Assembly: GCF_006345805.1 (NCBI RefSeq)
Contig: NC_043014.1
Location: forward strand, 14,322,001-14,386,000
From: Octopus sinensis
Lineage: Eukaryota
Length of the DNA stretch: 64,000 nucleotides
Direction of reading: 5' to 3'
Part shown: positions 24,146 to 36,395 of the stretch, piece after piece
Layout of the letters: each line of letters opens with the position of its first letter
How positions within the stretch are numbered: position 1 is the stretch's first letter
Notes under the pieces: model-generated
Told to the model about the DNA's origin: nothing
Databases searched by the model: none
Seen by the model: only the letters and a program-made list of their open reading frames with translations
Position numbers and translations under genes: made by a program

Positions 24146-25267
24146 AAGCAAATAACTTTAAAGCTGTCAACTTCGTGTAAAGAAAAACAAAATTTGGTAT
24201 TTATAAAATGTATGAAATGTGCGACCGAAACAATGGCTACTGTGATACGACGATTTGGTTACACAAGAAATTTATCGTTTGTACTTCCGGTTGGCACCCA
24301 TATTTATCTTGGTTGGCCATACCTGATGGAAAAAATAGACTATCGGCCACCTTCCTGCAAGAACTGTAGTACTGCCTACAACATCCTGATGGAACATTCA
24401 ATTTACAACCGTTCTATTATGCGATCTCTAATGCCTAAAGACACTGTATACATCACCAGTATCCGAGAACCGTATGATCGCTTCTTATCAACCTTCCATT
24501 ATTTTAAAATAAAAGATTACGTGGTTTTAAACGAGACTGATTATGTTTCTCAATATTTGAACGACTATCACAAGTATGAAGCGATTTATAAAAGTAAAAC
24601 CTTTTCTGAACATTATTGCATTCCCCGAAATTTTTCGCTTACAGAGAATCTCATGGCCCACTGCTTGGGCGTACCTCTCGGATTTCCCGCGGGCAGGAAA
24701 TCGATTGCGTCTTATTCAACCGAAGAAATCACGCGTTACTTGCAAGATCTTGACAACGAATTTTCCCTTGTAATGATCGTCGAATATTTCTATGAGTCTC
24801 TTATTTTGCTACGACGTTTAATGTGCTGGAAAACGAAAGACATTATTTTTCGCAAAGTCAATATAGGTGGCTACCGTAAAACCGACGTTTCGAACAACAG
24901 ACAAACAGAACAAAACCGACAGCTATATAAGTCTTACAGTCGGATAGATTACATTTTATACGACCATTTTAAACGAGCTTTGTTGGAAAAAATTAAACAA
25001 CAAACGCCGGATTTTTTCGATGAAGTAAATCACTTCAGAAAAGTCCAGGCTGAAGTGACTGAATTTTGTGATAATTTTTATCAGAATAAATCGACGAAAA
25101 AATGTATTTCTGTAAATCAAACTTCCTGGGACAATGCTTTTAATTATACTGGTGAGGACTGTAAATTAATGTATACTAATCTATTGACGGCTATGCAAAA
25201 CCGTTACGATAGCGTAATGGGTAAATTAACGGTTTTACCACAAAGCACTGATCGAAGAACCTGTTGA
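24146..25267 (+). CDS. Galactose-3-O-sulfotransferase (galactosylceramide sulfotransferase-like) catalytic exon
   Basis: Acceptor TTTCTTCCTATTTTAG at 24145 opens the frame as KQITLKLSTSCKEKQNLVFIKCMKCATET (the ORF track's TTG start is not the real start). Family motifs: C..K.N.VF.K..K...T, HS.YN, ITSIREP..RF.S.F.Y, F.LVMI.EYF.ESL.LLRRLMCW, D..LY..F. Spliced product is 428 aa. Confidence 0.9.
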   Translation, partial: KQITLKLSTSCKEKQNLVFIKCMKCATETMATVIRRFGYTRNLSFVLPVGTHIYLGWPYLMEKIDYRPPSCKNCSTAYNILMEHSIYNRSIMRSLMPKDTVYITSIREPYDRFLSTFHYFKIKDYVVLNETDYVSQYLNDYHKYEAIYKSKTFSEHYCIPRNFSLTENLMAHCLGVPLGFPAGRKSIASYSTEEITRYLQDLDNEFSLVMIVEYFYESLILLRRLMCWKTKDIIFRKVNIGGYRKTDVSNNRQTEQNRQLYKSYSRIDYILYDHFKRALLEKIKQQTPDFFDEVNHFRKVQAEVTEFCDNFYQNKSTKKCISVNQTSWDNAFNYTGEDCKLMYTNLLTAMQNRYDSVMGKLTVLPQSTDRRTC

Positions 25268-25648
25268 TATGCAGTTTTATTGAGAGAAATCAATAGTTAT
25301 TTGATGTTATTATGTTCACATCGAAGCAAATAATATCATTTACGAAAACTATCAAGTAGGAATATTGAAAAAAAAGAACAAGGAATTGTTGCGGTTTTGA
25401 ATGCTTTAATAATTTAATTAAGTTAAGATATTATTTATTTATATGAAGTTATATCATGCATTTGTAAGTTATAAATCTGAAAATGGACTAATCATTGGTA
25501 CACTACGGATGGTGAACACGACAAGCGATTTCATGCGCAAATCGTGCGGAATATACCGGACACAGAGTATTTTCATTCGGATGAAGTGGTTTCTCAGCGA
25601 AGCGTATATCATTCACTGAATTATATGAAGTATAGATACAGACGCACG

Positions 25649-25692
<44 letters not shown>

Positions 25693-25696
25693 ACAC

Positions 25697-25727
<31 letters not shown>

Positions 25728-25730
25728 CAT

Positions 25731-25763
<33 letters not shown>

Positions 25764-25816
25764 ATTCTATCTCTCTCTTAGACATACTCACGGATATGCA
25801 CTCACACATAAGCGTA

Positions 25817-25848
<32 letters not shown>

Positions 25849-25849
25849 C

Positions 25850-26111
25850 TCTCTTTTTACTCTTTTACTTGTTTCAGTCATTTGACTGTGGCCATGCTGG
25901 AGCATCGCCTTTAGTCGAGCGAATCGACCCCAGGACTTATTCTTTGTAAGCCTAGTACTTATTCTATCGGTTTCTTTTGCCAAACTGCTAAGTTACGGGG
26001 GCGTAAACACACTAGCATCGGTTGTCAAGCGATGTTGGGGGGACAAACACAGACACACAAATATATACATACACATACATACATACATAATACATACATA
26101 CATATAATACA

Positions 26112-26171
<60 letters not shown>

Positions 26172-26315
26172 ACACTATATACGATGGGCTTCTTTCAGTT
26201 TCCGTCTACAAAACCACTCACAAGCCTTTGGTCGGCCCAAGGCTATAGTAGAAGACACTTGCCCCGGAACCATGTGGTTGATAAGCACGCTACTTACCAC
26301 ACAGCCACTCCTACG

Positions 26316-26318
<3 letters not shown>
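25850..26318 (-). mobile_element. SINE family A, near full length
   Basis: Collinear with the other family A copies. Confidence 0.85.
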
Positions 26319-26362
<44 letters not shown>

Positions 26363-26405
26363 CAATTGATAGAGACGTAAAATGGAATACACGAGAAGCT
26401 TCACT

Positions 26406-26512
26406 GCTCAAAACGATCGTTTCGACCCATCCTCTATCGATCCTTCGCGAATAGGATACTGTACAACTAGTTGTGGTGCATCCCTCGGTGCAGATGCATT
26501 TCTTCAGGTGAT
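26406..26512 (-). ncRNA. Decayed type I hammerhead (core intact, stems eroded), same family as 56964-57067
   Basis: Minus strand: AUCAC-CUGAAGA-AAUGCAUCU...GGAUGGGUC-GAAAC-GAUC-GUU-UUGAG. Shares CATCTGCACC and the tail TTCTCGTRTATTCCAT with the 57-kb copy. Confidence 0.6.
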
Positions 26513-26945
26513 ATTATAAGGGGTCTCTCGTTATATAAACCCTGTTTCACTCGATTTCAATACGGCATGTTGTTAGTGAGCGTAGGTTTAAGCCGTTGGG
26601 CAGGAATGGCTTGAGACAAATTCCGCTGCAACGTTGCTGATACTTGTTTGCATTTCTTCAATATTAAATAAAAGACAGGGAGTAAATAAGAAAATAAGAA
26701 GTATAAGAGAATTATACAATTATACAAATTATACAAGAAAGAACAAATTATAAGCATCAGTACACACCTAGAGCTACTGGCGTACCCACGCTTGTGGTTC
26801 TGTGTACACACACTCTCTCATATGCGCAGTTAAGATGTCATTAAACTCTTTGATAAACGTCCAGGCATCTTTTTTCCACGCTATCAGACGAGGCACAGCC
26901 GGTTCTGCGTGAATGGGTTAGCCGCTTTTGTTGGTCGTATATCTC

Positions 26946-27291
26946 TCAGTGGCTATGGTACATAACCACTGAGTTATGGTCGTGCCACTCGTAACATTGC
27001 GCACGACCCACTGCCTCGTCGCCGTAAGCTTGCCGAAAGATGCTCAATGTCTCTGTAGCAGACTTCCCAAGTTTAGCACAAAATTTCACGTTAGTTCTTT
27101 GTTCCTGTTCATGACAAAATCGCAGACTACACGTGATAACAAATTTCACAACTCGCGAAGTAAACACTGCGTTGTCACTCAGCACACCACACTGCCTCAT
27201 GAAGGTCACTGCTGGCTCTCACTGCACGTGCAACCGCGTGCTGCCATGTGTTGGTGTGCTACAGAACTAGTCCGGGAACTTTTTGATCTAC
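26946..27291 (-). mobile_element. Mariner 5' remnant
   Basis: TIR-like GTAGATCAAAAAGTTCCCGGACT and EQRTNVKFCAKLGKSATETLSIFRQAYGDEAVGRAQCYEWH. Confidence 0.8.
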
Positions 27292-27859
27292 AGATGTTTA
27301 TAAATAAGTATATGACTCCACACATAGATGTACGCATTTGTGTGTACGAACTCACCTATGACTATATCCAAGTTTGGTTGGGCATACAGACACGTTCCGA
27401 TGTTGTATTCGATGGGGCGTGTCTCGTCAAACAAGGCAATTTAATAAAACAATAGAACAACACGACATAAAACAACATTAATACAGTATTCGAGATTAGC
27501 TGGTGGACAGACACTGAGCAAAGCTGCACATAAAATTATACCCGGTCGAACATTCAACTGCATATGCTCTGCGTAGTTGAAACACGTGTAGGTCGTAATA
27601 ACTATAAAAATGTGGGATATGAAATTGTAAAATAACAGGAAATAAATTTTGAGGATAACAGGTCTCTTTATTCTATATCGTTAAATTATTGCTTTTTTCC
27701 CTCCTCTTTTTTTTTTAACCAGTTGAAGATACTCTGGAGGAGTTACCTCAATCCTTTCTATATTAACCAAAATGAAGTGGATTGACAAATTTATTTTTTT
27801 GAACCAATTGAAAACACACAAGATGTCGAAATATCGTTCACTAGATAACAATGGCACTC

Positions 27860-27922
<63 letters not shown>

Positions 27923-27954
27923 CATCATCATCAATCATCATCATCATCATATTA

Positions 27955-28012
<58 letters not shown>

Positions 28013-28068
28013 CATCATCATCATCATCATCATCATCATTATTATTATTATCATTATTATTATTATTA

Positions 28069-28100
<32 letters not shown>

Positions 28101-28101
28101 T

Positions 28102-28136
<35 letters not shown>

Positions 28137-28147
28137 TATTATTATTA

Positions 28148-28193
<46 letters not shown>

Positions 28194-28228
28194 CATCATC
28201 ATCATCATCATCATCATTATTATTATTA

Positions 28229-28273
<45 letters not shown>

Positions 28274-28372
28274 CATCATATCATCATCATCATCATCATC
28301 ATCATCATTATTATTATTATTATTTATTATTATATTATTATTATTAATTATATTATTATTATTATTATTATT

Positions 28373-28410
<38 letters not shown>

Positions 28411-28421
28411 TATTATTATTA

Positions 28422-28476
<55 letters not shown>

Positions 28477-28485
28477 ATTATTATT
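27860..28485. repeat. ~625-bp compound (ATT)/(ATC) microsatellite
   Basis: Direct reading. Confidence 0.95.
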
Positions 28486-28720
28486 GAGTTAGAGAGCAGC
28501 ATAAGCCATTAAAGTGACGAAGCCCAAAATAAGCCCTCAAATATACGAAACCCAAAAATACTACCCACCATGACAATCCGTCTGATATATATCCTTAAAC
28601 AATCTTTTTCAGGGCCCTTTTGAACGTGATGGGCTACTCAGTCTGAAGAAAATTCTAACTGGGTCCCATCTGCAAGGCCATGTGTTATCTTAATGTGGGG
28701 TTTCCATTACACGCGCGTGG
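28486..28720 (-). mobile_element. (TAA)n-tailed interspersed repeat with an internal inversion
   Basis: Homologous to 63648-64000, and both abut (ATT)n. Segment ~28590-28690 is the reverse complement of the corresponding part of the 63.7-kb copy. Confidence 0.6.
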
Positions 28721-28784
28721 TGATCTCATTTCTTCTGTCTACTTGAATTGATCTGTAATAGTTTAAATCGGGTAGGCATTTTGT

Positions 28785-29072
28785 TATAAGCACTGGAGGT
28801 GGCCTGTGCTCCCACCAGTCTGTATCAAGGTCCAGGTTTTTGCAAATTACCCGGTGAATATATTGTGCTGCTCTATCATGCCTGTTGAGATACTCTGTAG
28901 GCGCAAGAAGACTGCACATGGAGACAACATGATCAATGGTTTCATTTTGTTGTTTACATACAAGACATGTTGGGCGGCTGCCGTTCTTTAATATGTTGGT
29001 CTGGTAGTTTCTTGTAGGTAGTCATTGATCTTGGGCTGCTATGATAAACCATTCTGTTTCTGATTCTGTGTA
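28785..29072 (-). mobile_element. R4/Dong-like LINE fragment (post-RT and CCHC zinc knuckle)
   Basis: AAQDQ.LPTRNY...C.VC.QQNETIDHVVSMC..LAPTEYLNRHDRAAQYIH. Confidence 0.8.
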
Positions 29073-29468
29073 GGATTGAAGAAACCTAAGTGTCTTATTA
29101 CAACTCTAGCATGATCTGATAGATACAGTTCTATGAAGGTCTGCTGAAATATCTCCCTTACCTCTTCTCCCAGTGAAATATCGTTAGGTTTATTCCTATT
29201 TCTGCCCCTTAAAATGATTTCTACACTAAGCAGTGTGGTATTGCTTTGATAAGTTTATGATGGTGCAAAATTCCTGTCTCTGAAGAATCTTAGTCAATCA
29301 AATATAGAATTGATTAATATGTATGATTTCTGTATCGCAGAATTCTCAAATGTCATTCTCACCGAAACGCGCGTGTGCGAATTAATGTAAAGTTTTCCAT
29401 GCTTTGTGTTTTTCTTCTGTACTCTGTGATCTTACACTAAATTTATTTGGTGTTCAAACTTCGGATTT

Positions 29469-30003
29469 ACCACCTTCCTTTAACAGGGAAGGCAAAGCAG
29501 TTTTCATTGTAGTGGTGGCTATGGTGAAAGAATATATGTGATGGACTCGTGCGAAGTTGGCCTCTCTGGCCAACTACTCATCAGCTTCTTCAAATATCAC
29601 TTGAAGAGACGGTGAGAATAGAGAAGGAAGTTTTGTCTAATAAAAGGTGGGTGAATGTGGCAAGGATGGTACGAATAAATGACGAAACCACCTTGAGCAT
29701 GATCCTATAAAATAAAGAGAGGAGGAGCGCCTTGCTCTCATGTTAATGTTTTTCTTTTTCGTTTCCGAGGTTACCGTGGTTCTTTTTCGTAGAGTTTTCT
29801 TTCCACGGATAAATCTAGTTAATGTTATATTTCCTCTCCCTTTTGGGAACTCTTATTGTTAACAACGATTTTTGTGTTATTTTCCTGTTTACACGTCCAA
29901 AAAAAGGGTGGGGGTTTCTTTCCCTTTTGATCGATTTCGAAAAAGAAAAATTCTACATTGTGTTGTCCCCTCTGTGTTCGGCCCTGCGTAGCTAATAAAG
30001 AAA
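29469..30003 (+). mobile_element. Tx1-like LINE copy E (older, diverged 3' end) with a short (ATCT)n tail
   Basis: Aligns to the copy A ORF2 end and UTR; ends GCCCTGCGTAGCTAATAAAGAA-ATCTATCT. Confidence 0.8.
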
Positions 30004-30728
30004 TCTATCTATCTGTCTATCTGCATATATATACGCACAAACGTACATACATATGCATTAGTTCTTTTGCTCTCTAATAATAAATAATCAAACAAAAAAT
30101 ATGGGAAAGCGTGCTCTAATCCTGTTAAAATGCACAAATGTCCTTATTAGCGTTTTATTACTTGCATTCTTCCCCATCCCATCTCAAAATAAAACACATT
30201 AAAAGCGACGAAAGAAACAAGTATTTGCTAGCTACGCTAACTAAATGTAAACGAGATGGGTAAACATAAGAGCGTACTGCAAGGGCGATAACAAAACAAA
30301 TAATTCTGTTTTCCGAACAAAGACAAACAAAATTATACAAATACGTATATTAAAAGCATAAATTAATCAAAGAAGGAACGTAATAAAGATAAGATCCATG
30401 AAAAAAAGGGGAAGAAAACAGGTCGAATGAGATAGCTAGTGTTTAATTGAGTAGATAGCAACGCATTAAGTGGATCTATATTCGATGGCGGATATCGTCT
30501 GTCTGTATTTTTAAATACACCAAAGAATTAGAACAGTAAAGCACTCTTCTACTGATTAAATAGTGAAGATGTGTATTTATTAGTTCGTTCATTAACAGGG
30601 TTTTCTGTTCTTTTAATGATTTGCTTATTTACTCTATTTATTTACTGTTTATTTGTTTATCTATATTTTTTTTATTATTTGTTTTTGTATTTATTTCGGT
30701 CTTCATTAACTGAAATGAAATGTTTTAT

Positions 30729-30772
<44 letters not shown>

Positions 30773-30781
30773 ATATATATA

Positions 30782-30830
<49 letters not shown>

Positions 30831-30929
30831 GTGTGTGTGTGTGGTGTGTGTGTGTGTGTATATATATAAGGATGGAAAGGGACATAATATATATATATAT
30901 AATATATATATATACATACATACATACAT

Positions 30930-30961
<32 letters not shown>

Positions 30962-30972
30962 TACATACACAC

Positions 30973-31022
<50 letters not shown>

Positions 31023-31054
31023 ATATATATATATAGATATATATATATATATAA

Positions 31055-31090
<36 letters not shown>

Positions 31091-31285
31091 TGGATTTATT
31101 TGTTTTTCTTCTCAGCTGCGAATCCCTGTTCATTGGTCTTGCTTGCTTTACGTTCTGGCGTTTGCCGAATTTTCTTGAGAACAATTTTTTCTTAGACGTG
31201 AGACCATATGTGGTCTACATTTAGCATATTGCGTGTCCACCTAGTGGTCATCCCTCTTATATGTATATATAATATATATGGAGAG

Positions 31286-31344
<59 letters not shown>

Positions 31345-31554
31345 CTGCTACTACTATTACTACTGCTAATAATAATAATAATAATAATAATAATGCTACT
31401 AATAATTATACTACTATTGCTACCACTGCTGTTAATGCTATTACTGATGATGATGATGATGGTAAGCATACCATTGCTACTACTACTAATAAATGGAGGC
31501 GCAATGGCCCAGTGGTTAGGGCAGCGGACTCGCGGTCGTAGGATCGCGGTTTCG

Positions 31555-31597
<43 letters not shown>

Positions 31598-32089
31598 CAT
31601 TCATACATATATATGACGCTTCTTTCAGCTTTTGTCCACCAAACCTACTCACAAGGCTCTGGTGGGCGGGGACACTGTAGAAGACACTTGCCTAAGGTGC
31701 CACGCAATGGGACTGAACCCAGAACCATGTGGTTGGGAGTCAAGCTTCTTAACCATGCAGTCACATCTATGCCTATTGATCAAACTCACCTAATTTTGCA
31801 TTTGTTGGTTGATTTTGACTGTACAAACTTACTTTTTTAAAATACAAAAATGTCATGCCTTAAGTAGATACCTAATTAGTAATTTGATATCGTTAGCGAG
31901 GAATGAAAGAAAAATTAATTTAATTTTAATACATACCAGCGAGCTATGGACAACATTGGCCCCGCTCTGACTACTTTCATCTTCCGTTTTATGTATTTTC
32001 AAAATTACATCTTTGAATAACAGATCATAATCCGACCAATTGCCTTCAGCTATATCGGTGTTTCGCCTTCTACCTTACTTTTAGCACCG

Positions 32090-32192
<103 letters not shown>

Positions 32193-33169
32193 GTCTGTCG
32201 ATCCATACACACGCGTACCCAAGGAAACACAAATGCTTGTTGTGATTGTTTTCCGGTCACAGGCAATTACATAACGATAACCAGCGGAGAAAATTAAGCA
32301 GACGATATGGCAATGTCTGAAGCGGGATGAGTGGAGTCAGCTAATTTTGTGATTATTACAATAACTATGTGATAACATTATCTGTGATAGTAAACAAGCA
32401 CCCCCCACTTGCTATTTCTGTTAGAAGTTACAGTGAACGCTTGTTTGTATGTATGTATGCAGGTATGCATATCATTCAACTACTACCGTAGTTGAAAAAT
32501 AATCTTAAGGCCGCAATTTACTCACACGCAGCATCTTTCAGAGCTTGTCTCTAATTCAATTCTTAACTAAGTGGAACACTGTTAACAATTTTGAGGAGGA
32601 CTGGTCCCTAGCTACAGTTTAACATAAAAAAATTGAGATTTGGTCCAGTAGAAAAAAGTTTACATCAAAATTTGTAGCAACGTTATAGGAGAGTAAGTAA
32701 CACCACCAGTCAAGTTTAGATCTAAATAACTTTTTTTATTTTGAAAGCAAAATATATTTATCTTAGCTTCAATGATAGAAGAAAGAATGAAGCATTTCAT
32801 AGTTTTGGTCTCATGCAACAAAAATTTGTATTAAAAATGTTGTGAGGTAAATTATGAAAAAATATGAGTAAGGAAAAAATTGGATTTAAGTTTAATTAAC
32901 TTTTTTTATTTTAAAAACCAAACTATATTTTAATTAAGCTTAAATGATAGAGCTCAATTCGAGGAATTTTCATGGTATCAATCTTATGCAATGACGTTTT
33001 AGAAGAAAAAAATTATGAGTGTTTGTATTTCAAATTTGACGGCGATAATATAGTTCTATACTTTTTTTATGAATATAGTTCCATAAGGGGACTTTTAATA
33101 CGTCACCACTAAGTGATACATTTGACACGTTATTAATTAGCATAATAGCATAACCTGGAAAAAACATGG

Positions 33170-34056
33170 ATTACATGCAAAAATGCGAGCAAGAGAAATA
33201 ATATTCTTAAGATTATAAACCTGGAAAATTACCGAACGAGTTATTACACTTGGAAAAGTTCAGGACAACTTATTACATCTGGTAAAGTACAGAACAAGAA
33301 AATTTTTACTTAAAATATTGTAGAATAAAATTTGAATATCAAAACTTATTTGATTTTAATTTACAAAATAACATTATAATTAAAAACGATACCCTCATTT
33401 TGTGAAAATATTGACACACTAGAATACTTAAAAAATGAGAACCAGAAGTACCAATATAGCTAAAGTTTTATGCAAAGCAGAATAGTATATATGGTAGGAA
33501 TATTCATTATGTAAAAAAATTGGCATTTGGTCAAAACTAAAAATGTGAAGACTTAGCAATAACTTAGGCAATAACTCAAGCAAATTTTACTGTGAATTTG
33601 TTGTTATAGGTAGCTTTTACTGTAATATATAACTAATTTTTGTATTATTCTACTTATTGTACTAACTGATTATGTACTACTACTATTTTTTTATAACCTA
33701 TTTTCAAATTTCTAATTATTAGTTAATAATTTTAAAAATGAATTTTTTTCAAGTGCAAAAAATATCTTGAGTTATTTTAAATTTTTAATAGAAGTAACAA
33801 GTTATAACAAATAGAAGTAATAACTTGTAATAAAATTTTTAGTTTTAATAAAAGCTAATAGTTTCTAAATCTAAATATTTTATTTGAAATTTTAGCCTTA
33901 GCTGCAATATTCTAAGTAAAAATTTCTCTTGTCCTGTACTTTCCAAGATGTAATAAGTTGTCCTTAACTCTTCCAAGTGTAATAACTTGTCCTGTAATTT
34001 TCCAGGTTTATAATCTTAAGAGTATTATTTCTCTTGCACACATTTTCTCATGTAAT
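33170..34056. mobile_element. Foldback-like element with ~155-bp inverted arms built of ~28-bp subrepeats
   Basis: 33170-33323 is the reverse complement of 33901-34056 with scattered mismatches. AT-rich spacer with no ORF. Confidence 0.7.
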
Positions 34057-34067
34057 ATATATGTATA

Positions 34068-35227
34068 CAGGGTGCGGTGGGTAAATTATCGTCATTTAAA
34101 AATTTTTTATTTCACGCATGCGCATTGTTTGTTTTTGATTGTCGACTACACAGTATAGTAGGATCAGTTGGGCACCGTCTCTGAGAAAAACAGCACCATG
34201 ACGCAATTCACTCAACCAGAAATTTACGACATGCTGTACTGCTTGGCATTCAAGCTGGAAGCTCCAATACGAATATTTCAGAGTGTTTGAGTGACAGTGC
34301 AATCTGAGAACATGTACCGAAAGTGATAAAAATCAAACATCCAGTCAACATCATAATGTTTGGAATGATCACTAGTGATGGCGACGTTATGCCTCCATTC
34401 ATCTTCCCACACGGCCTCAGACTCAACACGGAGGCCTACATCAAGTGCCTGGAGGATGTAGTGCTGCCCTGGGTCGAGAAGGTGGCTGGTAGCAGCAAGA
34501 CTGCGCCATGCCGCACAAGCAGGAGAACCCAGTCATGACTGTCAGACAATTTCTGCGACGATATCACCTCTAACATCTGGCCAACTACCTCCCCAGACTG
34601 CAAACCCCTTGATTATTATGTGTGGGACGCAGTTGAGCGAGAGGCCAACAAAACTCCTTGTAATATCAAAGATGCACTGAAGGCAAGTATTATGGCAGCA
34701 TTCACCAACTTAAACAAGTAGACCGTCCAGAAGAGTTGCAGGAGATTCCGAAGTCATCTAGAGACCGTGGTTGAAGATAATGGCGATTTTATTGAATAAA
34801 TTTACTCTTTAGTATTTCAAAATATTTTTATGCAATTTCGGTAAATATATCTGTTAAAATGAGACGTCAGTGTTATTTTCAGTTTCACGTAACTTAGACC
34901 AGTGCAACTCAATGTGGTGGTCCGCGGACCGGTACCGATCCGCGAGCCATCAGCTGCCGGTGCATGGCGAGTTTCCAGAAAAGAAAGAAGCATTATAATA
35001 TACTTATAAATGCTTATGTAATATTGTATCATTTGTTTACAAAATAAATATAAGAAAACAATTATCAACTTTTATTATATTCATTAAACATATTGTTTCC
35101 AGTATAAATTAATATTACTAAGAAATATTACCGGTCCCTGGCACATTGGAGAAAAAACAACTGCCGGTATGCCACATCAAATAGTTTGAGAAGCACTGAT
35201 TTAGACGACAGTTTATTCACCACGCCT

Positions 35228-35229
<2 letters not shown>
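34068..35229 (+). mobile_element. maT (DD37D) Tc1/mariner relic with both TIRs
   Basis: TA flanks and TIRs CAGGGTGCGGTGGGTAAATT / GTTTATTCACCACGCCTTG. Translation gives MFG.ITSDG.VMPP, QQD.AP and WP..SPDC.PLDY, with 37 residues between the last two Asp after restoring a 2-bp deletion. Confidence 0.85.
34900..35198. mobile_element. hAT-type MITE nested in the maT element
   Basis: TIRs CAGTGCAACTCAA / TTTGAGAAGCACTG and 8-bp TSD ACTTAGAC / ATTTAGAC. Confidence 0.8.
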
Positions 35230-35313
<84 letters not shown>

Positions 35314-35353
35314 TATGTATGTATGTATGTATGTATGTATGTATGTATGTATG

Positions 35354-35391
<38 letters not shown>

Positions 35392-35617
35392 CATATATGT
35401 GTGTGTATGTGTATTTACATACACACACACACAAATATAATTAATACAGGAAGAAAATAAATGTGAGAGGCATTAGTTAATGCAGTCTTATATGCGCTAT
35501 ATCTTTAAGAAACGCAAAGCAAAAGCGAGTTGGTCGCGGTCGGAAGGTCTTGGATCATAGTGCTGCTCAGTCAGAACTGACCAAGGGCTAAGCTGCTGCT
35601 GCTGCTGCTGCTGCTGT

Positions 35618-35685
<68 letters not shown>

Positions 35686-36395
35686 TCTCTAACAAGAACT
35701 GGAAACGCTGCCATCATTGTCATCAAGGTATGCAAACAATTCTAGATTCTATTATTCCAATATCAACAAACATCATTTAAAAGTAAAATAGTATCTGCGA
35801 ATTGCTACGATTCCTCCAACAATGACCACCACCACCACCACCACCACCACCACCGCCATTACCACAACCATGTCCACCACCACCACCACCACCACCACCA
35901 CCACCACCACCGCCATTACCACAACCATGTCCTCCACCACCGCCGCCACCGCCACCACTACTACCACACTGTCGTCACCACCGCCATCTTCACACCTACA
36001 GCATCATCGCCACAAACGCATCTATTCTGTCCAACATAGCCTGCACAAATATCGACATCGCCCTTACTTCCAATATCGCCACCATCATAACGACCATCAC
36101 TCCGCCGACTATTAATATCTACGTCGTCACTGCAGTCTCCGCCACCACCACTACCACCATCACCACCATCACCACCATCGCCACCACCGCCGCCGCCACC
36201 ACCACCACCACCATTTCATCTCATACAGAGATCAGTAGCAACAAAAGTGGAAGAATCTTCCTCAGCTTGATTACGACATCAAAACGAGGTCAGTTTGTAA
36301 CCGAGACAGGCTTCGATTGCGACAGCCGACAGCCGACATCGAGCAGCCGACAGGCGACATCGGGCAGCCGACAGTAATAGAGCCACAAAAGCAGC

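Noticed and set aside
27560-27600. GAAAC-ACGT-GTA resembling a hammerhead 3' half
   Set aside because: No CUGANGA core or matching stem I upstream.
27772-28492. Long poly-Leu/Ile/Tyr/His ORFs
   Set aside because: Translations of the (ATT)/(ATC) microsatellite.
29340-29385. GAAACGCGCGT hammerhead half
   Set aside because: The core is absent and the cleavage position is G. Used only as support for the 6462 relic.
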